Assembly (NCBI GenBank): GCA_023623185.1
Contig: JAMNXV010000137.1
Location: 3,511-67,510, forward strand
DNA length: 64,000 nucleotides
Direction of reading: 5' to 3'
DNA from: Bacillota bacterium
GTDB taxonomy: Bacteria; Bacillota; Sulfobacillia; Symbiobacteriales; Symbiobacteriaceae
The translations under genes and the position numbers were made by a program. The notes under the pieces were generated by a model. That model made no database searches, had not been told where the DNA came from, and worked only from the letters and a program-made list of their open reading frames with translations. Shown here piece after piece: positions 48,470 to 58,650 of this stretch; within the stretch, counting starts at the first letter, position 1; the number at the start of each line of letters is the position of its first letter.

Positions 48470-49407
48470 GCCCTCGCCCCCTTCCGCCGCGGCGCGAAGG
48501 TGAGCAGCCCCTGCGGCCGCAGGGCCACCACCAGCATGAGCAGGAGCCCGTAGAGAATCAGCCGGTAGTCGGAGAGGCGCGCCCCGAAGAGCGAGAAGTC
48601 GCGCAGGCCCTCCGAGAGCCCGATCAGGAGCACCGCCCCCAGCACGGGACCCAGGGGCGTGGTGGAACCCCCCACCACCACCAGGGTCAGCATCTCCACC
48701 GCCCGGCCGAAGGCGAACTCAGACGGGCTGACGGAGAAGTTGATGTGGGCCACGAGCCCGCCGGCCAGGCCGGCCAGCATGGCCCCCTGCACGAAGGCCA
48801 GGACCTTGTAGTAGGTGATGTTGATGCCCATCGCCTCGGCCGCGATCTCGTCGATGCGGATGGCGGCGTAGGCCCGCCCCACTCGCCCGCCGGCCTGCCG
48901 GTAGATGAAGGCCAGGGCCAGCCCCAGCACCAGCAGGACGAAGAGCAACACCACCAGATTCGCCAGCTGTGCGTGCGTGAGGCCGGCCGGGGGCGCGATC
49001 TGGGCGGCCTTCAGCCCGTTCTGCACCATGCGGCCCAGGCTGGGGATGTTCTTGATGCCCAGGGCGCCGCCCGCGAACTCCCAGTTCTGGAGGAGCACCC
49101 GCACGCTCTCGGTGAAGCCCAGCGTCGCAATCGCCAGGTAGACCCCGCGCAGCCTGAGGCTGGCGTAGCCCAGGGGAATCGCCACGATGGCGGGCACGAG
49201 AGCCGCCGCGGGCAGCGTGAGCCAGACCGGCGCCCCGGCCTTGGTGGCCAGCAGGGCCGCCGTGTACGCCCCGAGCGCCATGAAGCCGGCGTTGCCCAGG
49301 GTGAGCTGGCCCGTGGAGAGCACCAGGTAGACCGAAAGACCCAGCAGCGCGTTGACGCTGACGAAGGTCGCCACCTGCAGGTAGTAGTTGTTCAGCAGGA
49401 CCGCCAC
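48466..49407 (-). CDS. livM: Branched-chain amino acid ABC transporter permease
   Basis: GQLTLG.AGF..GAY, RLRGVYLAIATLGF, RPQGL. Confidence 0.92.
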
Positions 49408-49408
49408 G

Positions 49409-50293
49409 TCACGACCTCCTCACCGCTGCCGCGCTGATGCCGAAGAGCCCCTGCGGGCGCAGGAGCAGCATGAGGAAGAGGAAGCCGAAGGCCACCGCGT
49501 CCTTGTAGCCCGCCCCCCCGTAGGCGACGGTGAGCGCCTCCAGCACGCCGATGATCAGCCCGCCGGCCACGGCGCCCTTCACGTTGCCCAGGCCGCCGAG
49601 GATAATCACCGCCAGGCCCTTCAGCCCGTACGGCAGCCCCATCGTCGCCGAGACCGAGACGAAGGAGAGGCCCACCAGCACCCCGGCCGCCCCGCCCAGG
49701 GCGGCGGCGAGCATGACGGTGGCCAGGATCACCCCCGAGACGTTCACGCCGAGCAAGGCCGCCGTCTCGGGGTTTTCGGAGACCGCCCGCACGGCCCGGC
49801 CCAGGCGCGTGCGGGAGAGCGTCCACTGCAGCAGGGCCATCAACAGAATCGATACGCCGAGCACCACCAGCTGCGCGGTGGTCATCTGCAGGGGGCCCAG
49901 CCTGATGACCCCCTCGCTCAGGGGCACCCGGAAGGAGAGCGGCTGGCCGTTGGTCGCCCGGACCATCAGGTTCTGGATCACCATTCCCAGGCCGATCGTG
50001 GAGATGAGCGGCGAGAGGTTGGTGCCGCCCTTGCGCCGCAGCGGCCTGAGGGCGGTGAACTCCAGCACGACCCCCAGCAGGGCCGCCCCCACCATCCCGC
50101 CGATCAGGGCGGGCACCAGCGACCAGCCCAGCAGGGTCACCAGGGCCCAGCCCACCATGGCCCCCATCATGAACAGGTCGCCATGGGCCATGTTGATGAT
50201 CTCCAGCACGCCGAAGATGAGGGTGTAGCCCAGCGCGACCAGGGCGTAGGTGCCCCCCTGGGTGATGCCGTTCAGAATCTGCTGTAGAAACAC
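49409..50293 (-). CDS. livH: Branched-chain amino acid ABC transporter permease
   Basis: YALVALGYTLIFGV..IINMAHG, ILGGLG, RPQGLFG. Confidence 0.92.
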   Translation of the reverse strand: MFLQQILNGITQGGTYALVALGYTLIFGVLEIINMAHGDLFMMGAMVGWALVTLLGWSLVPALIGGMVGAALLGVVLEFTALRPLRRKGGTNLSPLISTIGLGMVIQNLMVRATNGQPLSFRVPLSEGVIRLGPLQMTTAQLVVLGVSILLMALLQWTLSRTRLGRAVRAVSENPETAALLGVNVSGVILATVMLAAALGGAAGVLVGLSFVSVSATMGLPYGLKGLAVIILGGLGNVKGAVAGGLIIGVLEALTVAYGGAGYKDAVAFGFLFLMLLLRPQGLFGISAAAVRRS

Positions 50294-50350
50294 CTGGAGA
50301 AGGACCTCCCTCCGGCGATGAGGGCGGGGGCGTCTGCCCCCGCCCGCGGC

Positions 50351-51571
50351 TTAGTCGAGTTCGACGTACTTCCCGTCCTTGATCTGCAGGATGAACGGCG
50401 TCATCACCGGGTCGCGGTTCTCGTCGAAGGAGAACACGCCCGTGACCCCCTCGTAGTCGCGGATGGCCGCCAGGGCGTCGCGCACCGCGTCGCGATCGGT
50501 GGACCCGGCCGCACGCAGGGCCTCGGCGATGAGCATCATGCCGTCATAGGACTGCGCCGCGAACTGGTCGGGGCCCTTGCCCATCTTGGCGATGTGGTCG
50601 CTCACGAACTTCTGCACCTTCGGATCGTTCCGCTCGGCGAACCAGGGCGAGCCCACCACGGCCCCTTCCACCGCGTCCTTGCCGACCTCGATCAGGGCCG
50701 GGGAGTTGAAGCCGTTGCCGCCGATGAAGTGGCCCGTGAAGCCGGCCTGCCGGGCCTGCACCATGAGCAGGGCCGCGGAGTTGTAGAGGGTGGAGATGAA
50801 GAACGCATCCGGGTCGGCCGCCAGCACCTTCGTGATCTGCGGGCCGAACTCGGTGTCCTGCACGCTGAACGTGGCCTCCTCGACGATCTCGACCCCGTTC
50901 TTCTGCAGCTCGGCCTTGAAGATCTCGGCGCCCGCCTTCGACACGTCGTCGTCGTTGGCGTACAGCACTGCCGCCCGCTTGATGCCGAACTTCTCCACGG
51001 AGCGGGCGACCGTGTGCGGGATCACCTTGGCCTCGGGCAGCGAGTTGCGGAAGACGTACTCGCCGATGTCCGTGATGCCCGGCACAGTGGTGGAGACCCC
51101 GAGGATCGGCACACCGCTGTCGTTGGCCACCGGACCGGCGGAGAACATCTCCGTGGAAAGCGTGGGCCCGATGACCGCCACCACCTCGTCGCGGTCGATC
51201 AGCTTGCGCACGGCGTTGATGGCCTCGTCGCCGCTGCCCTGGCTGTCCTCAAAGATCACCTGCACCTCACGCCCGTTGATGCCGCCGGCGGCGTTGATGT
51301 CGGCCACCGCGAGCTCAACGCCGGTCCGCTGGGAGATGCCGTAGCCCGAGCTTGGACCGGAGAGGATGAAGATCGCACCCACCTTGATCGGATCCTGCGC
51401 CTGCCCGCCGCCTGAACCCCCACCCGCGGCCGGCGCACCGCCCTGCGATGTGCCCGGGGCATCGGCCGTCCCGCCGGCGCTGCTGCCGCCGGGAGCCCCG
51501 CTCCCGCATGCGGCCAGGATCATGGCGCTTACCAGAAGCAGCGCCACCTTGGAACTCAGACGTTTCCACAT
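50351..51571 (-). CDS. Branched-chain amino acid ABC transporter substrate-binding lipoprotein (LivJ/K-like)
   Basis: Lipobox LAAC, INAAGGING, YEGVTG.FSFD. Confidence 0.92.
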   Translation of the reverse strand: MWKRLSSKVALLLVSAMILAACGSGAPGGSSAGGTADAPGTSQGGAPAAGGGSGGGQAQDPIKVGAIFILSGPSSGYGISQRTGVELAVADINAAGGINGREVQVIFEDSQGSGDEAINAVRKLIDRDEVVAVIGPTLSTEMFSAGPVANDSGVPILGVSTTVPGITDIGEYVFRNSLPEAKVIPHTVARSVEKFGIKRAAVLYANDDDVSKAGAEIFKAELQKNGVEIVEEATFSVQDTEFGPQITKVLAADPDAFFISTLYNSAALLMVQARQAGFTGHFIGGNGFNSPALIEVGKDAVEGAVVGSPWFAERNDPKVQKFVSDHIAKMGKGPDQFAAQSYDGMMLIAEALRAAGSTDRDAVRDALAAIRDYEGVTGVFSFDENRDPVMTPFILQIKDGKYVELD

Positions 51572-51700
51572 GACCGAAAGCCCCTCCCCAACGACCGAAT
51601 CATCGACTTTCCCACAGTGGTGAGATAAAAAGGAGATACTACGCCTAAGTTACATATTCCTGCGTAGAGGGGCGGCATTTCGGCCAGAAATTGCGCAGGC

Positions 51701-52912
51701 TCACGGGCCCATGAGCGACTCCCAGGCGGCGGACGCGATCCGCGCGATCGCCACGTCGGCCGCGTACTCGCCCCCGCCGTAGGTCAGGACCACCAGCGCG
51801 TACGGCCGCTCGGCCCAGACGATCGCGCCGTCGTGGTCGTAGCCGGCGTAGGTGCCGAACTTGTGGGTGACCAGCTCCGGGCGCGGGGTGCCGGCCTGGA
51901 TGCGCCCGTGGTAGGTGACCCGGCGGAGCGGGCCCAGGAGCTGCTCCGCCAGCTCCGGCCGCTCCTGGCTCAGCTCCCAGAGGCGCAGCCACCAGGCAGC
52001 CTCATCCGCCGCCGTGACCGGGGTGGAGCCCTCCTCCGTGCGGGTGACCGGCCCTCCCATCTCCGTCGTGCACTGCAGCAGCCCGTCCCAGGTGAGGGTC
52101 CGGGCCAGCATCTTGACCGCCACGTTGTTGGACGAGATGAGCGAGCGGTCCACCAGGTTCCGCACGCTCCACTGGCTCCCGAAGGCGGCCTCCGCGAAGT
52201 ACCCCGCCCCCACCGGCTCCCAGTCCGCCTCGGTGTAGGTGATGAGGGTGTCCCAGGTGAGCTCCCCGGCGTCGATGGCCTGGAGCACACAGAGGGTCAC
52301 CGGCAGCTTGAAGGTGGAGGCCGGCAGGTACGGGTCGCCTGCCCGGAACTCATACCGGCTTCCGGTGGTCAGGTCCACCGCCACAACGCTAAGGCGGCCC
52401 GGGTACTCGGAGGCCACGGCCCAGACCGTTTCGTGCAGCCGCTGCCACTCGTCGGGAACTGCGGGCGGCGGGTCTGGAAGGATTGGCTCCACCGCCTCCA
52501 CGTGCATCGGCTGGTAGTCGGCCACCGGATGCGTCGCCGGCGGCAGGGAGGATCGTGCTTCCGCCGACCCCGCGTCCGGCTGGCCCGCCGTATCGCTCCC
52601 GGCTTCCGCAGCTTCCGCCTCCTCCTGCCCCACCGTTACCGGCGCGGTTTCCGCATGTCCCGCCATTACTGGCCCGGTTTCCACACGTTCCGCACTTACG
52701 GGCCCGGCTCCCGCATGTTCCGCCCTTACGAGCCCGGCTCCCGCATGTCCCGCCGTCACGGGCCCGGTTTCGGCAAGCGCCGCCGCCTCTGCCTGCGGCG
52801 GCGCCACCACGGCCGCAGGCGCGGCCAACCGGACCAGCAGCCAGACGCCGCCGGCCGTCGCCGCCAGCCCCACAACGCCCCACAGCACTCCCGCAATCAC
52901 TGCACGCCGCAC
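51701..52912 (-). CDS. Membrane-anchored serine hydrolase, class A beta-lactamase-like fold
   Basis: N-terminal TM, repeat linker, ASTFK, SNN, HKFG. Confidence 0.85.
   Translation of the reverse strand: MRRAVIAGVLWGVVGLAATAGGVWLLVRLAAPAAVVAPPQAEAAALAETGPVTAGHAGAGLVRAEHAGAGPVSAERVETGPVMAGHAETAPVTVGQEEAEAAEAGSDTAGQPDAGSAEARSSLPPATHPVADYQPMHVEAVEPILPDPPPAVPDEWQRLHETVWAVASEYPGRLSVVAVDLTTGSRYEFRAGDPYLPASTFKLPVTLCVLQAIDAGELTWDTLITYTEADWEPVGAGYFAEAAFGSQWSVRNLVDRSLISSNNVAVKMLARTLTWDGLLQCTTEMGGPVTRTEEGSTPVTAADEAAWWLRLWELSQERPELAEQLLGPLRRVTYHGRIQAGTPRPELVTHKFGTYAGYDHDGAIVWAERPYALVVLTYGGGEYAADVAIARIASAAWESLMGP
52630..52779. repeat. 30-bp tandem repeat x5 coding 10-aa linker units
   Basis: ETGPVTAGHA / GAGLVRAEHA / GAGPVSAERV / ETGPVMAGHA / ETAPVTVGQE. 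Confidence 0.85.
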
Positions 52913-53058
52913 GTTCTGCCCACCTTTGACCGCGTTCTCAATCATCAGACGCCGCGGGCGGCGCAGGGGATGCGGTTATATACGGAGTATTCTGATTACA
53001 CAAAATATAAAAGGAGGACGGTCGTCACGACCGCCCCCTTCGCGTGCAGATGTGAACC

Positions 53059-53349
53059 TTAGGAGCCGGGCTTCACCCAGCTGTCGGTGTTCTTCAGCTC
53101 CGCACCCGGGTGCAGCTTGTTGAACTTCGCCGTCAGGCTCTCGACGTCGTCGACGTGATCCTCATCGGGGATGATGCACTCGACCGGGCAGACGGCGATG
53201 CACTGGGACTCGCTGTAGAAGCCGTAGCACTCCGTGCACTTCTCCGGATCGATGACGTAGATGGTGTCGCCCGGGCTGATCGCCTCGTTGGGGCACTCCG
53301 GCTCGCAGGCGCCGCACGAGATACAAGTATCGATAATCTTGACGGCCAC
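53059..53349 (-). CDS. 2x[4Fe-4S] ferredoxin (YfhL-like)
   Basis: CISCGACEPECP and CTECYG.....QC..VCP. Confidence 0.93.
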   Translation of the reverse strand: MAVKIIDTCISCGACEPECPNEAISPGDTIYVIDPEKCTECYGFYSESQCIAVCPVECIIPDEDHVDDVESLTAKFNKLHPGAELKNTDSWVKPGS

Positions 53350-53456
53350 GGACTCTTCTCCTCCTTTGAGGCGCACGCCGACATTACTGTTGGTGTGCTG
53401 CCAGAATCGTTACGTTGCCCCTCAAACCCGATGTGGGTTATCCAAAACACACTATA

Positions 53457-53485
53457 AGGATACCGTTCGAGCACTTAGCAGTCAA
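53457..53485 (-). promoter_or_regulatory. SigA promoter of the ferredoxin gene
   Basis: Minus strand TTGACT-N17-TATCCT. Confidence 0.6.
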
Positions 53486-53540
53486 GGCTTCCAGTGCTGT
53501 TTTCTGGGTGAGAATGGTTATCACTGGGAGCGGCGGAGGG

Positions 53541-53762
53541 TCAGCCCCCCTCGGACGGGCGCAGGATCGCCACCCGGTCCCCCTCTTCCAGCAGGCGGCC
53601 GGGCGGCGCGTACCGGCCGTTGACCAGCACGGCCAGCTCGGGCTCGTCCAGCCCCAGCAGGCCGGGCAGCTCTCCGGCCGTGGTGCCGGCGGGCACCGAT
53701 TCCGTGCCCGTCCAGCGGCGCGCCCCGCGCAGCGGCACGTAGACCTCCAGGTGAATGGTCAC
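53541..53762 (-). CDS. MoaD/ThiS family sulfur carrier
   Basis: 73 aa, VLVNG, GDRV, C-terminal GG; GTGA overlap with the AOR stop. Confidence 0.88.
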   Translation of the reverse strand: MTIHLEVYVPLRGARRWTGTESVPAGTTAGELPGLLGLDEPELAVLVNGRYAPPGRLLEEGDRVAILRPSEGG

Positions 53763-55462
53763 GCCTCCTGCCATATGGCATCCAGCTCCTCCTGCGGCAC
53801 GTCGAAGACCGCGCCGTGGGGCGGCAGGGGCACCTCCCGCATCCACTCAGGCAGCCGGTCGGTCTCCGGCCCCAGGCCCGCCCGCCGGTTGAAGGCCACC
53901 TCGGTCCGGATGGTGGCGAGCGCCATGGCGCGCAGGTCCTCCGCCGTCACCTCAGCGCCGAACCGGGCCCTGAGCAGCTCCAGGAAGTGGCCTTCGTTGG
54001 GCGCGTACGCCGCCCGGGAGAAGCTGCACATCCCCAGCGAATCGAGCAGGGCCGCGGTGATCTGCAACTCCCGGCTGAGCGCGACCTTGCCGGCCGGATC
54101 GAGGTGGTCCACCTTCGCGCCGATGGAGTTGCCCGCGGTGTGATCCGCCCCCATCGGGCTGGTCGCATAGGTCACACCGTTGCCCTTGATGGTGCGCGGG
54201 TCGTAGGCGGCCATCGCCTGCCCCTTCACGACCGGCACCTCCCGCACGCCGAGCACGCGGCCCACCGTGGCCGCCCCGGCGCCGATCAGCCGGCCGACCG
54301 GCGTGCCCTGCCGCATCTGTGCGAAGAGGTCGAGCACGGCGTCCACGTCGCCGAACGGCACGAGGCCGCCCGCCATGGCCACCCCGATGGCCGCGCCGGT
54401 CTCGATGGTGTCAATGCCCAGGTCGTTGCACTCGCTCACGAACCGGGCGATCGCGTCGAAGTCGAAGATCTCCAGGTTCGCGCCGAGCAGGGTGTTGGAT
54501 TCGAACTCCATGGCCGAGGTCACCTCGCGGCCGTCGGGGCCTGCCCAGGTGTTCGAGCACTGGATCGCGCAGCCGGTCATGCAGGCATGGCTGACCATGC
54601 CGCCCCGCTCTGCGATCATCTCGGCCATCAGGATGCCCGTGATCGCCTCGGTGGCCGCATCCTGCCCCCTGGAGAAGTTGCGGATGGGAAGGCCGCCGAG
54701 TTTGTTCACCAGCTCCAGGGTGGAAGCGGTGCCGTAGTTCCGGTACCGGGCGATGGCCGGACTCTGCCTCAGCTCCTGCAGATACGGCCGGGCGTGCTCC
54801 CGCCAGCGCCGCGGCTCGGCCATGCCGGGTCCGGCGCCGGGGCCCGGGTCCAGCACCACCAGCGCCTTCAGCCCACGGGCGCCCATCACGGCGCCCAGCC
54901 CGCCCCGGGCCGCGATGCGGCTGGGCCGCCCTTCCGGGTCGGTGTTCGCGATGCCCGCCACGTTCATGCGCATCTCGCCGGCCGGGCCGATGAGCGCCAG
55001 GGCGGCCCGCGCGCCGAACCGGGCCAGCAGCCGCCCGGCCGCGGCGTAGTTTCCCAGCCCCGCCAGGTCCCCGGCCGGTTCCAGGCGGCAGCCCTCCGGC
55101 CCGACGACCGCGATGCGCCACTGGCCGTCCGGCGGGGCGCCCTCCACCACCACGGCGCGGATTCCCCACTGGGCCAGCCTCAGGGCGGTGTTGCCGCCGG
55201 CGTTCGCCTCCTTTATGCCGCCGGTGAGCGGCGACTTGCCTCCGGCAGAGAGCCGGTTGCTACTGGAGAGCGCCGTGCCGGAGAGCAGGCCGGTGGCCAA
55301 GACCACCTTGTTGTGGGGGCCCAGCGGGTCGCACAGCGGGTCGACCTCGTCCGCCACGATCCGCGACGTGAGCGCCCGCCCGCCCAGAAGCCGGTACGCC
55401 TCCGGCAGCGGCTCCAGGTGTGCCTCGCCTCTTGTCATGTCTATGCGCAGGATCCGTTCCAT
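53759..55462 (-). CDS. Aldehyde:ferredoxin oxidoreductase family
   Basis: KSPLTGGIKEANAGG, IGPAGE, ARGGLGAVMG, CMTGCAIQC, GIDTIE, MGADH. Confidence 0.93.
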   Translation of the reverse strand: MERILRIDMTRGEAHLEPLPEAYRLLGGRALTSRIVADEVDPLCDPLGPHNKVVLATGLLSGTALSSSNRLSAGGKSPLTGGIKEANAGGNTALRLAQWGIRAVVVEGAPPDGQWRIAVVGPEGCRLEPAGDLAGLGNYAAAGRLLARFGARAALALIGPAGEMRMNVAGIANTDPEGRPSRIAARGGLGAVMGARGLKALVVLDPGPGAGPGMAEPRRWREHARPYLQELRQSPAIARYRNYGTASTLELVNKLGGLPIRNFSRGQDAATEAITGILMAEMIAERGGMVSHACMTGCAIQCSNTWAGPDGREVTSAMEFESNTLLGANLEIFDFDAIARFVSECNDLGIDTIETGAAIGVAMAGGLVPFGDVDAVLDLFAQMRQGTPVGRLIGAGAATVGRVLGVREVPVVKGQAMAAYDPRTIKGNGVTYATSPMGADHTAGNSIGAKVDHLDPAGKVALSRELQITAALLDSLGMCSFSRAAYAPNEGHFLELLRARFGAEVTAEDLRAMALATIRTEVAFNRRAGLGPETDRLPEWMREVPLPPHGAVFDVPQEELDAIWQEA

Positions 55463-55595
55463 GTCTGGCAGCGCCTCCCTCCTGGCGGCAGAATTCGGCG
55501 CCGGGAGGGGGATTTCCTTTACGGCCGCCGGCCCACTGGCGCGGGCTCCGGTTGGGCAAACTGAGGCTGCAGAACATCGCCTGGAGGTCAGCCCA

Positions 55596-55877
55596 ATGCA
55601 ACACGAGGATCTGAACCACGCGTGCGCCTACATCATCTCGGAGCTGAATCGCATCGAAACGGTGGCGGGAACCCTCGCCATGATAGAGCGGGAGCACTAC
55701 GACACCCTGAACCGGTTCGACCACCGGGAGCTGCTGGACGTGGCGGTGGAGGAGCAGAGCGCCGCCCGACAGCTCAGCATGGTCAAGCAGGTCTGTGGAG
55801 AGCTGGTTCAGAAGATGGCGGAAATCCAGCAGGCAGTCGGACGCCAGGGGGAGACCGGGCATGCTTCGTCTCATTGA
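55596..55877 (+). CDS. Small helical hypothetical protein
   Basis: GGAGGT RBS, GC3 bias, 17-bp overlap with the next gene. Confidence 0.75.
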   Translation: MQHEDLNHACAYIISELNRIETVAGTLAMIEREHYDTLNRFDHRELLDVAVEEQSAARQLSMVKQVCGELVQKMAEIQQAVGRQGETGHASSH

Positions 55878-57315
55878 GAACTGGCTGCGCTCGGCCATCA
55901 ACGAGACGGTCGACAAGGCGCTTACCCGGCTGGTGCGCGACCAGTATCCCGAATCGATCGCCGAGATGCTCCCCTCCCTGCAGAAGGTGGGCGGCGTCCG
56001 CTTCGCAGAGCTGCTCATGCGGTCGGCGCAGGGCGCGCCGGCGCCCCGGCCGCTGGGCAGCCCCCAGCGGTTCTCGCCCTGGGAGCAGCTCCTCTTCAAC
56101 CCGGTGCATCTGTGCCGCTTTCCGACGCCAGAGAACGTGCCGGTCGCCACCGCCGTGACGATCGGCCCCCGGGCGCGCCGGCCGCTCACGGTGGCCATCC
56201 CCATCCTGATCGCCGGCATGTCGTTCGGCGGCGCCCTGAGCAAGCGGGCGAAGATCGCGCTGGCCCGGGCGGCCAGCGCCGTGGGCACGGCCACCAACAC
56301 GGGCGAAGCTGGCTTGCTGGCGGAGGAGCGCGCCGCAGCCCGGCTGCTGATCGGCCAGTACAACCGGGGCGGATGGCTGAACGCGCCCGAGCAGTACCGG
56401 CAGCTGGACGCCATTGAGATTCAGCTGGGCCAGGGTGCGCAGGGCTCCACCCCGCAGCGCACCCGGGCCAGGAACATCGGCCCCGACTACCGGGAGGTCT
56501 TCGGCCTGGCCGAGGGCGAAGACGCCGTGATCCACTCCCGCCTGCCCGGCGTCAACTCGCAGCAGGAGTTCATCCGGCTGGTGCGGCGGCTGCGGGCCGA
56601 AACCGGCGTGCCCGTGGGGCTGAAGATCGCCGCCACCCACCACCTGGAGCGCGAGCTGGCGGTGGCGCTGGAGGCCGGGGTCGACTTCGTGACGGTGGAC
56701 GGCGCCGAGGGCGGCACCCACGGCGGCGCCCCGACGCTGCAGGACGACATGGGCCTGCCGACGCTGTACGCTGTGGCCCGGGCGCGGGACTACCTTGTGC
56801 GCCAGAAGGCCGCCGGCGGCGTCAGCCTGATCGCCGCCGGCGGCCTGATCACCCCCGGGCAGATGCTGAAGGCCATGGCCCTGGGGGCAGATGCCGTCTA
56901 CATCGGCACCGCGGCCGTCATCGCCCTCATCGGCGACCAGGCCGTGGAGGCCCTGCCCTTTGAACCCCCGACCAGCATGGTGGTCTACACCGGGAAGCTG
57001 ACCGATCAGCTGGACGAGGACCGGGCGGCGCGCAGCCTGCAGCGGTTTCTGAACGCCTGTGTCACCGAGATGGAGATGGTGGCGGTTTCGCTGGGCCGCA
57101 CGGCCCTGGCGGACATCAACAAGTCCGACCTCTGCGCCCTCGACCCGGTGCTGGCCCGGGCCACCGGTGTTCAGCTGGGGCTGGTGGCGCCCGATCGGCA
57201 AGAGCGCCTGTTTCCCGAGCTTGCGGGCCGGTGGCAGCCCGGCTGGCTCCCCCCGGCGGAGCCGCCGGGCGGTTCCCTACCAGAGCGACAGGACCCGCTG
57301 GAGCCGGTGCACTAG
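55861..57315 (+). CDS. FMN-binding glutamate synthase family protein (stand-alone FMN domain)
   Basis: GMSFGGALS, NTGE, IEIQLGQGA, PVGLK, DGAEGG, KAMALGAD. Confidence 0.9.
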   Translation: MLRLIENWLRSAINETVDKALTRLVRDQYPESIAEMLPSLQKVGGVRFAELLMRSAQGAPAPRPLGSPQRFSPWEQLLFNPVHLCRFPTPENVPVATAVTIGPRARRPLTVAIPILIAGMSFGGALSKRAKIALARAASAVGTATNTGEAGLLAEERAAARLLIGQYNRGGWLNAPEQYRQLDAIEIQLGQGAQGSTPQRTRARNIGPDYREVFGLAEGEDAVIHSRLPGVNSQQEFIRLVRRLRAETGVPVGLKIAATHHLERELAVALEAGVDFVTVDGAEGGTHGGAPTLQDDMGLPTLYAVARARDYLVRQKAAGGVSLIAAGGLITPGQMLKAMALGADAVYIGTAAVIALIGDQAVEALPFEPPTSMVVYTGKLTDQLDEDRAARSLQRFLNACVTEMEMVAVSLGRTALADINKSDLCALDPVLARATGVQLGLVAPDRQERLFPELAGRWQPGWLPPAEPPGGSLPERQDPLEPVH

Positions 57316-58524
57316 GCGCGCTCGCCGCTCTGCGGCGGCCGGCGCGGCCCCCCAGATGCCGCCGATAGCGGCGGGGAAGGCGGCCGCAAAGGCGAGCGCG
57401 TAGAGGGGCAGGCTGGTGGCCGGCGCCCGGTCGAACAGGAGGCCGTGCGCGAACAGGAAAGAGACCATGGCAACGGAGCCCGACGCGAACAGCCGGAACG
57501 CCCACCGGCCGGCCGGGCCGCGCACCTGCGCCATTGCCCCCAGCAGGGCGCCGGAGACCACCAGCAGCAGCTTCAGATGGAGGAAGCCGATCACCAGGCT
57601 GCGGTTCAGCGCCAGGCCGGACCAGGCGGGCAGCAGCGGCACGAACTCCAGCGCGGCCTTCACGGCCAGGCTGAGCCCAGCGAGCCGCCACCAGGGGCGG
57701 GCGTGCTCCGGCAGCTGAAGGTTCCGCGCGAAGGCGAGGAACGCCAGCTGCACGAGCCCCTGCAGGGCCCCTGCGATCAGCGAGGCGGGTACCAGCGGCC
57801 CCTCCAGCCCCCGCGGGATCAGCATGCGGAGGGCAGCCGGGGCCTGGAGCAGGAGGGCAGCCACGGCGAGGCGGGTAAGCAGGGGCCTGGCCTCGTCCCG
57901 CACCCCTGCCAGGGCGAGCACGATGCCCATCAGCCCCACCTCCAGCCAGCCGTCGCCGAAGAGCTGCAGGAAGAGGTAGACGCCGGCCTGGTAGAGCAGG
58001 GGGAAGGCGGAGTCCAGAATCGCCTCTGACACGATGACCAGCGTCGTGCCCGAGATCGAGAGCAGGAGGAGCAGCACCGCCGCACCGATGAACCGCAGCG
58101 GAGCGGGCCACGCGGCCACCGGGGCCTGCCGCACCTCCCGCCAGAAGACGATGGCGAAGAGCACCCAGAGCGCCTCGTTCAGCGTGGCGAAGGCGATGGA
58201 AGGGCCGGCATACCCCCACCACGCAAAGGTGACGAGGGCGCCGCCCACCGCCCACGGCGCGAGGCGCAGGAGCCAGATCAGGGGGCGCGATTCGGCCACG
58301 GGCCGGCCGGTGAAGCGCGGCAGAACGTGCAGGATGAGCCCCATCAGCCCGAGCCCCGCCCAGCCGAAGTAGGCGGTGTGGCTGTGGGCATGGATCAGGT
58401 TCCCCCAGTAGAAGGGGCCGGGGTTGTACAGCCACACGAAGGCCGAGCGCAGCAGAACGCCCAGGGGCAGCACCACCGTCAGCCAACGGGCTGAGGCGCT
58501 GAGTAGGACACTGGCCGCGTGCAT
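57277..58524 (-). CDS. Polytopic (about 12 TM) membrane protein with HAHSH motif
   Basis: NLIHAHSHTAYFGW, LQLFGDGW, IGFLHL. Confidence 0.75.
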   Translation of the reverse strand: MHAASVLLSASARWLTVVLPLGVLLRSAFVWLYNPGPFYWGNLIHAHSHTAYFGWAGLGLMGLILHVLPRFTGRPVAESRPLIWLLRLAPWAVGGALVTFAWWGYAGPSIAFATLNEALWVLFAIVFWREVRQAPVAAWPAPLRFIGAAVLLLLLSISGTTLVIVSEAILDSAFPLLYQAGVYLFLQLFGDGWLEVGLMGIVLALAGVRDEARPLLTRLAVAALLLQAPAALRMLIPRGLEGPLVPASLIAGALQGLVQLAFLAFARNLQLPEHARPWWRLAGLSLAVKAALEFVPLLPAWSGLALNRSLVIGFLHLKLLLVVSGALLGAMAQVRGPAGRWAFRLFASGSVAMVSFLFAHGLLFDRAPATSLPLYALAFAAAFPAAIGGIWGAAPAAAERRARLVHRLQRVLSLW

Positions 58525-58650
58525 CAGCGTTGACCTCCTGTCAGGACGTGCGCTTTTCTACAACACTAACTCAATTCGATCGATCAGCCCGGTGATGCGG
58601 GTCACAAGACGCAATGAGGCCCCCACCCCGGCGGTGGGAGCCTCCTGCAA

